From NCBI GenBank assembly GCA_964057225.1, contig OZ059900.1, forward strand, positions 6,944,001 to 7,008,000: a DNA stretch of 64,000 nucleotides. Direction: 5' to 3'. Below, piece by piece: positions 42,710 to 53,455 of the stretch. A program made the position numbers and the translations under genes. Numbering within the stretch: position 1 is the stretch's first letter; every line of letters begins with the position of its first letter. Under the pieces are notes generated by a model. That model had not been told where the DNA came from and made no database searches. It saw nothing but the letters and a program-made list of their open reading frames with translations. The stretch comes from Auanema rhodensis. Its lineage: Eukaryota > Animalia > Nematoda.

Positions 42710-42828
42710 GCTTACGACCATACCAAGTTGAAAGTACGCCATCCCGTCCGATCTGGCAAGTCAAGCAACGTTGGGCCCGGTTAGTACTTGGATCGGAGAC
42801 GGCTTGGGAATCCCGGGTGCCGTAAGCT
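42710..42828 (+). rRNA. 5S rRNA (copy 2, C17A variant)
   Basis: Identical to copy 1 except C>A at 42726. Confidence 0.93.
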
Positions 42829-43075
42829 TTTCATTTTTCATTTAAAAAAAAGTTTCAGAAAATAGTTATTGACAATGGGATATACGCTCTATTGATACGC
42901 GGGAATATATTATATTTTAAATAAAAAATGCTCCAAATGTCATAATGATTCTATTTCCAATTATTATTTTTTCTTACATATATAGCTTGTTAAATACTTT
43001 TTTTTAATTTAATTCTTTTATTTTTCAGTAAATTCAATTGTCTTAGTTTAACCAAGTAGGTCATCGAAAATCAAA

Positions 43076-43648
43076 ATGGTTAGTAAATCTTGTTATGTTA
43101 TTTCCAATTTATATTGTTGTAGAATTTTGTTGATGAATCATTTGTTAATGAAGGAAAAGTTGTGAGAAAAGAGTCAAAGAGACAATCACAAAATATTCGG
43201 CAGAGTAGAAGAAGAAGCGTGATGTCAACTGAGAATAGTAGTAACAAGGTTAGGATATTATATAGTTTATCAATCTATTAATCGTTTATAATAGAATGCA
43301 CTGAATCAGAACAACGGAATTATTTCCGACGACGAAGAAATGAATAATCGTATGCTCTTTGATTTTGGTCTACTGACAGACGAAACAAAGATGCATCGGA
43401 AAATTGAACAAGTTTTAAGGAAAATAGAAATAGCTGAAGAGGAAAACTATAGAAGAGAACGAGAGCATAAGAATAACATGTGCAGAGAATATCAAAAGCT
43501 TCAATCCCTTATGACTCAACATCTTCGATTTCTTGCCAGTGAAATCGAAGTTTATTTTGATAATAGCATGACAGTTCCAAAGCCATTGATGACAGAATAT
43601 GAGGAGACTAGAAGATATTTCAAAGAAATTATGAATAACATGGATTAA
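43076..43648 (+). CDS. 5S-spacer gene A, copy 2
   Basis: Same structure, offset 2679 bp; MHRK instead of MHKK. Confidence 0.8.
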
Positions 43649-44571
43649 CCATAGCGAGTTGTAAACTATATGCTATATTCTTTTAAATTATGAATTTTCC
43701 CCTTTGCCTTGTAAAATATGTTATTTGTATTCAAATACTTGCTTCTATTCTGTGAATATGCTGTGATTTGTTGTTTTATTTTTAAATTAGAATTTGTTTA
43801 AGGTTATGATGATTGCAAGACTTTTCACAATTTTTCAATCTTGTACTATTATACAGAATATAAAAATATTATGAATGATTAAACCTTTTATATGTTTGAC
43901 ATACCAATATCATCATTTGAACTGACATGGTAGAAATTATTTCGAAAACTACAATTGGTGTAAACTTGAAGCAACATTTTCATTCACTTCTCAAAAAAAA
44001 ACTTTAAATTTTGTGTTCATTTTCTCAATAGCATATTAAATGAGTTTAAAGGGCAAATTTGAGGATTAACCTGAAAATGTTTTCTAGAGAGTCTGGAGAG
44101 TACGGTATATTATACTTTTTTCAAATAATTATCTTCTAATGTTTCTCTTTATCTACATATTCATGGCGAACTATGTAATGAAAATATATTTGTATATAAA
44201 TTGAAGAACATGAAGGAAAGAGCCTCAAGGGGTAAAAGTGACATGAATTCATGAAGGTCACAGTTACGCTTTCTAGCAAACCACAAAGATAGAATATAAT
44301 GTAAATGAATGCACATTGATATGTTCGAAATGAAGGTAAAAATATAAAAATACTTAATTTTTAAACTTTACGACTGATGAATTATAATAGAAAAACAAAA
44401 AATTAGACATCCTTCAGTTATAGTGTAACATGACTTCATTGATTGGATATTGGCATATTTGTATTTTAGATTGAGTGTATATAACATCTTAGTCTAAATG
44501 ATATGTTCTAGGTACAACGCATACATTCAGTGGATCGGATCCTCTACAGGTTAGTTTCAAAAATAAAAAAA

Positions 44572-44653
44572 TCTCTCTCTCTATACATCTCTCTCTCTCT
44601 ATACATCTCTCTCTCTCTCTATACATCTCTCTCTCTCTATACATCTCTCTCTC
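44572..44653 (+). repeat. Compound (CT)n-ATACAT microsatellite: 4 units here, 5 units in the mirror copy at ~48333-48433
   Basis: Read directly from both arms. Confidence 0.9.
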
Positions 44654-44825
44654 ACTTGCTTACTTTCTCACCTACTCTCTCATCAGTTCTTCTCTGAATA
44701 TCTGTAATCAACTGTGAATGTTTCTGAAATTCTGGAGAAATTGTGAACTATTTACTGATATTTCAATGTTTTTTTACATTTCTGTCGAAACTGTAGATCC
44801 TAAATTATTTGTCAACTCTAAGAGT

Positions 44826-44899
44826 ATTGGCGTGATGACCAAGTGGTTATGCATGAAGTCTTTCCCACTATCATCGAAAGTTCGATTCCTTCAATGAAT
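44826..44899 (+). pseudogene. tRNA-like relic with Pol III A and B boxes
   Basis: A-box-like TGACCAAGTGG within a D-arm hairpin (ATGACC/GGTTAT) and T-arm GAAAG-TTCGATT-CCTTC. The anticodon and acceptor stems do not pair. Confidence 0.55.
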
Positions 44900-45629
44900 T
44901 TTGAAAAAATCAATACTAATTCTAAAATCTAAAAAACGTTTGGATGGATTTGGCTTGTAAAAAATGATATCTTTTGATGTTTATAGACGTATAAAACTTG
45001 TTCCACGCCGTTTTTTTGAATTCTCTTTCTTCGTATGAACAGCGAATGAATATATCTAGTCCAATGCAAAAATTCATAACGATATCTCTGTTGGCACAAA
45101 AGTTATAACTTTCTAAAAATAAGACAAAAAGCAAAAACATTGACTTTGAACGGCTTTATCTTCTTAACCAATGAGTTTTCTCAAAATTTTTCAAAAGATT
45201 CGAGCTCTACTCGTAAAGATCTTTCGAATGAGTTGTTGATCTAAAGGATTAGAGCATTTTGAAATTTTAAGAAATAAAGAATTTGACCAATTTAGAATTA
45301 ATAAAATAAAATTTTTCAGTTTTCTAACATTTAAGTATTGCATTTGAATAAACTAAACACGCTGATTTTAAATTTGAAAACCGAATTTCTCAATTCTCAC
45401 GCTGAAAGGAGTTGTGAGACTTTGAAATTTTTGGCGTTAATCATTCAGAAGGCTATAACTTCGTTAAAATGGAATTTCAGAGACTCCCACTTAGTTTAAT
45501 CGTCTTCTCCGTCTTTCATTCATTTTGAATGTTGTTTTCACAACTTTTCTACAAAATTTTTATTTTTTGTTAAAATTGTTCAATTCCATGTACTCCCCCC
45601 TTACCTACTTTTCGGTCATAACAATCGAT

Positions 45630-47260
45630 ATCATTGGAATTCTCAAAGCATTTTCTAATTTCTTTGTTAACTATGTGGTACAATCTAGACTCAATAACGC
45701 TCAGATATGAAACTTTCATTGGAATTCTTAAAACATTTTCTACTTTTCTTGTTAACTCTGTGGTATAATCAAGACTCAATAACGCTCAGATATGAGTCTT
45801 TCATTGGAATTCTCAAAACATTTTCTAATTTGTTCGTTAACTATGTGGTATAATCAAAACTCAAAAACGCTTAGATATATCATATAAGATGAGTCTTTCA
45901 ATGGAATTCTCAAAGCATTTTCTAATTTCTTTGTTAACTATGTGGTACAATCTAGACTCAATAACGCTTAGATATGAAACTTTCATTGGAATTCTTAAAA
46001 CATTTTCTACTTTTCTTGTTAACTCTGTGGTATAATCAAGACTCAATAACGCTCAGATATGAGTCTTTCATTGGAATTCTCAAAACATTTTCTAATTTGT
46101 TCGTTAACTATGTGGTATAATCAAAACTCAAAAACGCTTAGATATATCATATAAGATGAGTCTTTCAATGGAATTCTCAAAGCATTTTCCAATTTCTTTG
46201 TTAACTATGTTGTAATCAAGACTCAAAAACGCTTAGATATATCATATAAGATGAGTCTTTCAATGGAATTCTCAAAGCATTTTCCAATTTCTTTGTTAAC
46301 TATGTGGTATAATCAAGACTCAATAACGCTTAGATATATCATATAAGATGAGTCTTTCAATGGAATTCTCAAAGCCTTTTCCAATTTCTTTGTTAACTAT
46401 GTGGTATAATCAAGACTCAAAAACGCTTAGATATATCATATAAGATGAGTCTTTCAATGGAATTTTCAAAGCATTTTCCAATTTCTTTGTTAACTATGTG
46501 GTATAATCAAGACTCAATAACGCTTAGATATATCATATAAGATGAGTCTTTCAATGGAATTCTCAAAGCATTTTCCAATTTCTTTGTTAACTATGTGGTA
46601 TAATCAAGACTCAAAAACGCTTAGATATATCATATAAGATGAGTCTTTCAATGGAATTTTCAAAGCATTTTCCAATTTCTTTGTTAACTCTGTGGTATAA
46701 TCAAGACTCAATAACGCTCAGATATGAGTCTTTCAATGGAATTCTCAAAGCATTTTCCAATTTCTTTGTTAACTATGTGGTATAATCAAGACTCAATAAC
46801 GCTTAGATATATCATATAAGATGAGTCTTTCAATGGAATTCTCAAAGCCTTTTCCAATTTCTTTGTTAACTATGTGGTATAATCAAGACTCAAAAACGCT
46901 TAGATATATCATATAAGATGAGTCTTTCAATGGAATTTTCAAAGCATTTTCCAATTTCTTTGTTAACTATGTGGTATAATCAAGACTCAATAACGCTTAG
47001 ATATATCATATAAGATGAGTCTTTCAATGGAATTCTCAAAGCATTTTCCAATTTCTTTGTTAACTATGTGGTATAATCAAGACTCAAAAACGCTTAGATA
47101 TATCATATAAGATGAGTCTTTCAATGGAATTTTCAAAGCATTTTCCAATTTCTTTGTTAACTATGTGGTATAATCAAGACTCAATAACGCTTAGATATAT
47201 CATATAAGATGAGTTTTTCATTTGATTTCTAAAAATATTCACTAATTTCCTTGTGTTGTT
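45630..47260 (+). repeat. Satellite of ~17-18 monomers of 85 or 97 bp
   Basis: TTAACT(A/C)TGT starts at 45667, 45752, 45837, 45934, 46019, 46104, 46201, 46296, 46393 and on to 47157. The long form carries a 12-bp insert (ATCATATAAGAT). Confidence 0.97.
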
Positions 47261-48086
47261 ACTATGTGTTGTATGATACATCTAAGCGTTATTGAGTCTA
47301 GATTGTACCACATAGTTAACGAAGAAATTAGAAAACGTTTTGAGAATTCCAATGATATCGATTGTTATGACCGAAAAGTAGGTAAGGGGGGAGTACATGG
47401 AATTGAACAATTTTAACAAAAAATAAAAATTTTGTAGAAAAGTTGTGAAAACAACATTCAAAATGAATGAAAGACGGAGAAGACGATTAAACTAAGTGGG
47501 AGTCTCTGAAATTCCATTTTAACGAAGTTATAGCCTTCTGAATGATTAACGCCAAAAATTTCAAAGTCTCACAACTCCTTTCAGCGTGAGAATTGAGAAA
47601 TTCGGTTTTCAAATTTAAAATCAGCGTGTTTAGTTTATTCAAATACAATACTTAAATGTTAGAAAACTGAAAAATTTTATTTTATTAATTCTAAATTGGT
47701 CAAATTCTTTATTTCTTAAAATTTCAAAATGCTCTAATCCTTTAGATCAACAACTCATTCGAAAGATCTTTACGAGTAGAGCTCGAATCTTTTGAAAAAT
47801 TTTGAGAAAACTCATTGGTTAAGAAGATAAAGCCGTTTAAAGTCAAAGTTTTAGCTTTTTGTCTTATCTTTAGAAAGTTATAACTTTTGTGCCAACAGAG
47901 ATATCGTTATGAATTTTTGCATTGGACTAGATATATTCATTCGCTGTTCATACGAAGAAAGAGAATTCAAAAAAACGGCGTGGAACAAGTTTTATACGTC
48001 TATAAACATCAAAAGATATCATTTTTTACATGCCAAATCCATCCAAACGTTTTTTAGATTTTAGAATTAGTATTGATTTTTTCAAA

Positions 48087-48160
48087 ATTCATTGAAGGAA
48101 TCGAACTTTCGATGATAGTGGGAAAGACTTCATGCATAACCACTTGGTCATCACGCCAAT
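48087..48160 (-). pseudogene. tRNA-like relic, mirror copy
   Basis: Reverse complement of 44826-44899. Confidence 0.55.
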
Positions 48161-49355
48161 ACTCTTAGAGTTGACAAATAATTTAGGATCTACAGTTTCG
48201 ACAGAAATGTAAAAAAACATTGAAATATCAGTAAATAATTCACAATTTCTCCAGAATTTCAGAAACATTCACAGTTGATTACAGATATTCAGAGAAGAAC
48301 TGATGAGAGAGTAGGTGAGAAAGTAAGCAAGTGAGAGAGAGATGTATAGAGAGAGAGAGATGTATAGAGAGAGAGAGAGATGTATAGAGAGAGAGAGATG
48401 TATAGAGAGAGAGAGATGTATAGAGAGAGAGATTTTTTTATTTTTGAAACTAACCTGTAGAGGATCCGATCCACTGAATGTATGCGTTGTACCTAGAACA
48501 TATCATTTAGACTAAGATGTTATATACACTCAATCTAAAATACAAATATGCCAATATCCAATCAATGAAGTCATGTTACACTATAACTGAAGGATGTCTA
48601 ATTTTTTGTTTTTCTATTATAATTCATCAGTCGTAAAGTTTAAAAATTAAGTATTTTTATATTTTTACCTTCATTTCGAACATATCAATGTGCATTCATT
48701 TACATTATATTCTATCTTTGTGGTTTGCTAGAAAGCGTAACTGTGACCTTCATGAATTCATGTCACTTTTACCCCTTGAGGCTCTTTCCTTCATGTTCTT
48801 CAATTTATATACAAATATATTTTCATTACATAGTTCGCCATGAATATGTAGATAAAGAGAAACATTAGAAGATAATTATTTGAAAAAAGTATAATATACC
48901 GTACTCTCCAGACTCTCTAGAAAACATTTTCAGGTTAATCCTCAAATTTGCCCTTTAAACTCATTTAATATGCTATTGAGAAAATGAACACAAAATTTAA
49001 AGTTTTTTTTTGAGAAGTGAATGAAAATGTTGCTTCAAGTTTACACCAATTGTAGTTTTCGAAATAATTTCTACCATGTCAGTTCAAATGATGATATTGG
49101 TATGTCAAACATATAAAAGGTTTAATCATTCATAATATTTTTATATTCTGTATAATAGTACAAGATTGAAAAATTGTGAAAAGTCTTGCAATCATCATAA
49201 CCTTAAACAAATTCTAATTTAAAAATAAAACAACAAATCACAGCATATTCACAGAATAGAAGCAAGTATTTGAATACAAATAACATATTTTACAAGGCAA
49301 AGGGGAAAATTCATAATTTAAAAGAATATAGCATATAGTTTACAACTCGCTATGG

Positions 49356-49928
49356 TTAATCCATGTTATTCATAATTTCTTTGAAATATCTTCTAGTCTC
49401 CTCATATTCTGTCATCAATGGCTTTGGAACTGTCATGCTATTATCAAAATAAACTTCGATTTCACTGGCAAGAAATCGAAGATGTTGAGTCATAAGGGAT
49501 TGAAGCTTTTGATATTCTCTGCACATGTTATTCTTATGCTCTCGTTCTCTTCTATAGTTTTCCTCTTCAGCTATTTCTATTTTCCTTAAAACTTGTTCAA
49601 TTTTCCGATGCATCTTTGTTTCGTCTGTCAGTAGACCAAAATCAAAGAGCATACGATTATTCATTTCTTCGTCGTCGGAAATAATTCCGTTGTTCTGATT
49701 CAGTGCATTCTATTATAAACGATTAATAGATTGATAAACTATATAATATCCTAACCTTGTTACTACTATTCTCAGTTGACATCACGCTTCTTCTTCTACT
49801 CTGCCGAATATTTTGTGATTGTCTCTTTGACTCTTTTCTCACAACTTTTCCTTCATTAACAAATGATTCATCAACAAAATTCTACAACAATATAAATTGG
49901 AAATAACATAACAAGATTTACTAACCAT
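49356..49928 (-). CDS. 5S-spacer gene A, copy 3
   Basis: Inverted copy with intact ORF and splice sites. Confidence 0.8.
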
Positions 49929-50175
49929 TTTGATTTTCGATGACCTACTTGGTTAAACTAAGACAATTGAATTTACTGAAAAATAAAAGAATTAAATTAA
50001 AAAAAAGTATTTAACAAGCTATATATGTAAGAAAAAATAATAATTGGAAATAGAATCATTATGACATTTGGAGCATTTTTTATTTAAAATATAATATATT
50101 CCCGCGTATCAATAGAGCGTATATCACATTGTCAATAACTATTTTCTGATACTTTTTTTTAAATGAAAAATGAAA

Positions 50176-50294
50176 AGCTTACGGCACCCGGGATTCCCAA
50201 GCCGTCTCCGATCCAAGTACTAACCGGGCCCAACGTTGCTTGACTTGCCAGATCGGACGGGATGGCGTACTTTCAACGTGGTATGGTCGTAAGC
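50176..50294 (-). rRNA. 5S rRNA (copy 3)
   Basis: Reverse complement of copy 1. Confidence 0.97.
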
Positions 50295-51613
50295 GAAGTT
50301 AGAGTTTAGTTGACCGCTTATAATTGTGAACTTCGTTGTATGTGGTAGCAGAAAGTGCACAACGTTTGGCAGAAATAAAACATCTGCGTTATACTCTTTT
50401 ATTCATTGTCTCATGAAGGAAAAACCGTCATTTATATTTTTACATCGTGAAATGAATATTCTATTGCTCATTTCGTTTACATGAAATGATATATTAAATA
50501 ACTTTTCCATGATCATTAATATATCCACAAGTACTATCAGGTATTTATTTATAAATAAAATAAAAAATATAAACAAAGTATAATAATTGTTTATTATAAC
50601 AAAAAACAAATATCGAATAAATAAAATCCCAAGTAGATGTCTGTCAATAAATTGATCAAAAACATTAAATAAATACTTAAATTAGTTGTACAGAAAATTA
50701 ATTAAATCGATACAATGTTTGAATTGCTCACAGTATCGAACTATCCCCCGCGTATCATTAGAGCACACAAGTGGTTACCGATAAACATTTTTTTTTAGAA
50801 AAATTTGTTAGTTCTTCAAAGACTTTTAGCAAAAGATAAATTGGCTTGCGGCACCCGGGATGACTTACGTGAGGGGTCAGATTTGTTCAATTGGTGGATT
50901 TCACATTTTTTCTCTCAAAAACTACTGAATATAGGTGTATATAAATATGAAATAAACATAAATTTTTTATTTAAAAGTCACAAAACAATTTCGAGTAACT
51001 GTGACCTTCATGAATTCATGTCACTTTTACCCCTTGAGGCTCTTTCCTTCATGTTCTTCAATTTATATACAAATATATTTTCATTACATAGTTCGCCATG
51101 AATATGTAGATAAAGAGAAACATTAGAAGATAATTATTTGAAAAAAGTATAATATACCGTACTCTCCAGACTCTCTAGAAAGCATTTTCAGGTTAATCCT
51201 CAAATTTGCCCTTTAAACTCATTTAATATGCTATTGAGAAAATGAACACAAAATTTAAAGTTTTTTTTTGAGAAGTGAATGAAAATGTTGCTTCAAGTTT
51301 ACACCAATTGTAGTTTTCGAAATAATTTCTACCATGTCAGTTCAAATGATGATATTGGTATGTCAAACATATAAAAGGTTTAATCATTCATAATATTTTT
51401 ATATTCTGTATAATAGTACAAGATTGAAAAATTGTGAAAAGTCTTGCAATCATCATAACCTTAAACAAATTCTAATTTAAAAATAAAACAACAAATCACA
51501 GCATATTCACAGAATAGAAGCAAGTATTTGAATACAAATAACATATTTTACAAGGCAAAGGGGAAAATTCATAATTTAAAAGAATATAGCATATAGTTTA
51601 CAACTCGCTATGG

Positions 51614-52186
51614 TTAATCCATGTTATTCATAATTTCTTTGAAATATCTTCTAGTCTCCTCATATTCTGTCATCAATGGCTTTGGAACTGTCATGCTATT
51701 ATCAAAATAAACTTCGATTTCACTGGCAAGAAATCGAAGATGTTGAGTCATAAGGGATTGAAGCTTTTGATATTCTCTGCACATGTTATTCTTATGCTCT
51801 CGTTCTCTTCTATAGTTTTCCTCTTCAGCTATTTCTATTTTCCTTAAAACTTGTTCAATTTTCCGATGCATCTTTGTTTCGTCTGTCAGTAGACCAAAAT
51901 CAAAGAGCATACGATTATTCATTTCTTCGTCGTCGGAAATAATTCCGTTGTTCTGATTCAGTGCATTCTATTATAAACGATTAATAGATTGATAAACTAT
52001 ATAATATCCTAACCTTGTTACTACTATTCTCAGTTGACATCACGCTTCTTCTTCTACTCTGCCGAATATTTTGTGATTGTCTCTTTGACTCTTTTCTCAC
52101 AACTTTTCCTTCATTAACAAATGATTCATCAACAAAATTCTACAACAATATAAATTGGAAATAACATAACAAGATTTACTAACCAT
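51614..52186 (-). CDS. 5S-spacer gene A, copy 4
   Basis: Inverted copy offset 2258 bp from copy 3. Confidence 0.8.
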
Positions 52187-52433
52187 TTTGATTTTCGATG
52201 ACCTACTTGGTTAAACTAAGACAATTGAATTTACTGAAAAATAAAAGAATTAAATTAAAAAAAAGTATTTAACAAGCTATATATGTAAGAAAAAATAATA
52301 ATTGGAAATAGAATCATTATGACATTTGGAGCATTTTTTATTTAAAATATAATATATTCCCGCGTATCAATAGAGCGTATATCCCATTGTCAATAACTAT
52401 TTTCTGATACTTTTTTTTAAATGAAAAATGAAA

Positions 52434-52552
52434 AGCTTACGGCACCCGGGATTCCCAAGCCGTCTCCGATCCAAGTACTAACCGGGCCCAACGTTGCTTG
52501 ACTTGCCAGATCGGACGGGATGGCGTACTTTCAACGTGGTATGGTCGTAAGC
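52434..52552 (-). rRNA. 5S rRNA (copy 4)
   Basis: Reverse complement of copy 1. Confidence 0.97.
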
Positions 52553-53455
52553 GAAGTTAGAGTTTAGTTGACCGCTTATAATTGTGAACTTCGTTGTATG
52601 TGGTAGCAGAAAGTGCACAACGTTTGGCAGAAATAAAACATCTGCGTTATACTCTTTTATTCATTGTCTCATGAAGGAAAAACCGTCATTTATATTTTTA
52701 CATCGTGAAATGAATATTCTATTGCTCATTTCGTTTACATGAAATGATATATTAAATAACTTTTCCATGATCATTAATATATCCACAAGTACTATCAGGT
52801 ATTTATTTATAAATAAAATAAAAAATATAAACAAAGTATAATAATTGTTTATTATAACAAAAAACAAATATCGAATAAATAAAATCCCAAGTAGATGTCT
52901 GTCAATAAATTGATCAAAAACATTAAATAAATACTTAAATTAGTTGTACAGAAAATTAATTAAATCGATACAATGTTTGAATTGCTCACAGTATCGAACT
53001 ATCCCCCGCGTATCATTAGAGCACACAAGTGGTTACCGATAAACATTTTTTTTTAGAAAAATTTGTTAGTTCTTCAAAGACTTTTAGCAAAAGATAAATT
53101 GGCTTGCGGCACGCGGGATGACTTACGTTAAAAGATCTCTTTGAAGATGTGCAACAAATTCTTATAGATTGTTTTGAAACGGTAATGAGCTCTATATTAG
53201 TTATCAGATTTTGATTGTTTATATTGAATTCTCAAACAGAAGAGAATTATCAAATCAAAGAATTATCACTCAGGAACGGTTATAAATTTTTTATAAAAAA
53301 AAAAGAAAAAGTTCAAATACATATACGTTTTCTTACATCACAATACGAATTTACTAATATTTTCTTTCAGCTCTCTTTGGAAATCAGTAGAATGTTGTTT
53401 TCGCGTTTTCGGCAGCCTACAATGTTTATTGATTAAAAAAATTTAATGAAAATTT

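Larger units (their letters stand above)
39484..44268 (+). repeat. Direct tandem 5S/gene A units, period 2679 bp (about 1.8 copies)
   Basis: 39484-41589 is nearly identical to 42163-44268. Confidence 0.95.
44269..48736. mobile_element. Foldback-like core: ~1.44-kb inverted arms (44269-~45706 and ~47280-48736) flanking a satellite; no transposase ORF
   Basis: The arms are near-perfect reverse complements with several SNPs and a microsatellite copy-number difference. No target-site duplication is visible, so the mobile-element status is inferred. Confidence 0.5.
48737..53128 (-). repeat. Inverted tandem 5S/gene A units, period 2258 bp (gene B deleted)
   Basis: 48737-50870 is nearly identical to 50995-53128 and is the reverse complement of the left units minus about 421 bp. 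Confidence 0.95.

Noticed and set aside
39484-44268. SL1 spliced-leader RNA gene expected in a nematode 5S spacer
   Set aside because: I found no GGTTTAATTACCCAAGTTTGAG-like leader with a donor and Sm site on either strand. GTTTAACCAAGTAG (~40367) and AATTTGAGG (~41377) are only partial resemblances.
45630-47260. CRISPR-like array of regular repeats with a dyad
   Set aside because: There are no unique spacers and no cas genes, and the context is eukaryotic; it is a tandem satellite.
44269-48736. Autonomous DNA transposon
   Set aside because: There is no transposase ORF and no target-site duplication, and the symmetry extends beyond the putative ends. It is kept only as a low-confidence foldback-like core.
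38700-53128. Telomere-addition or programmed DNA elimination break site
   Set aside because: No TTAGGC arrays or recognisable break motif were seen, so sequence alone cannot support it.
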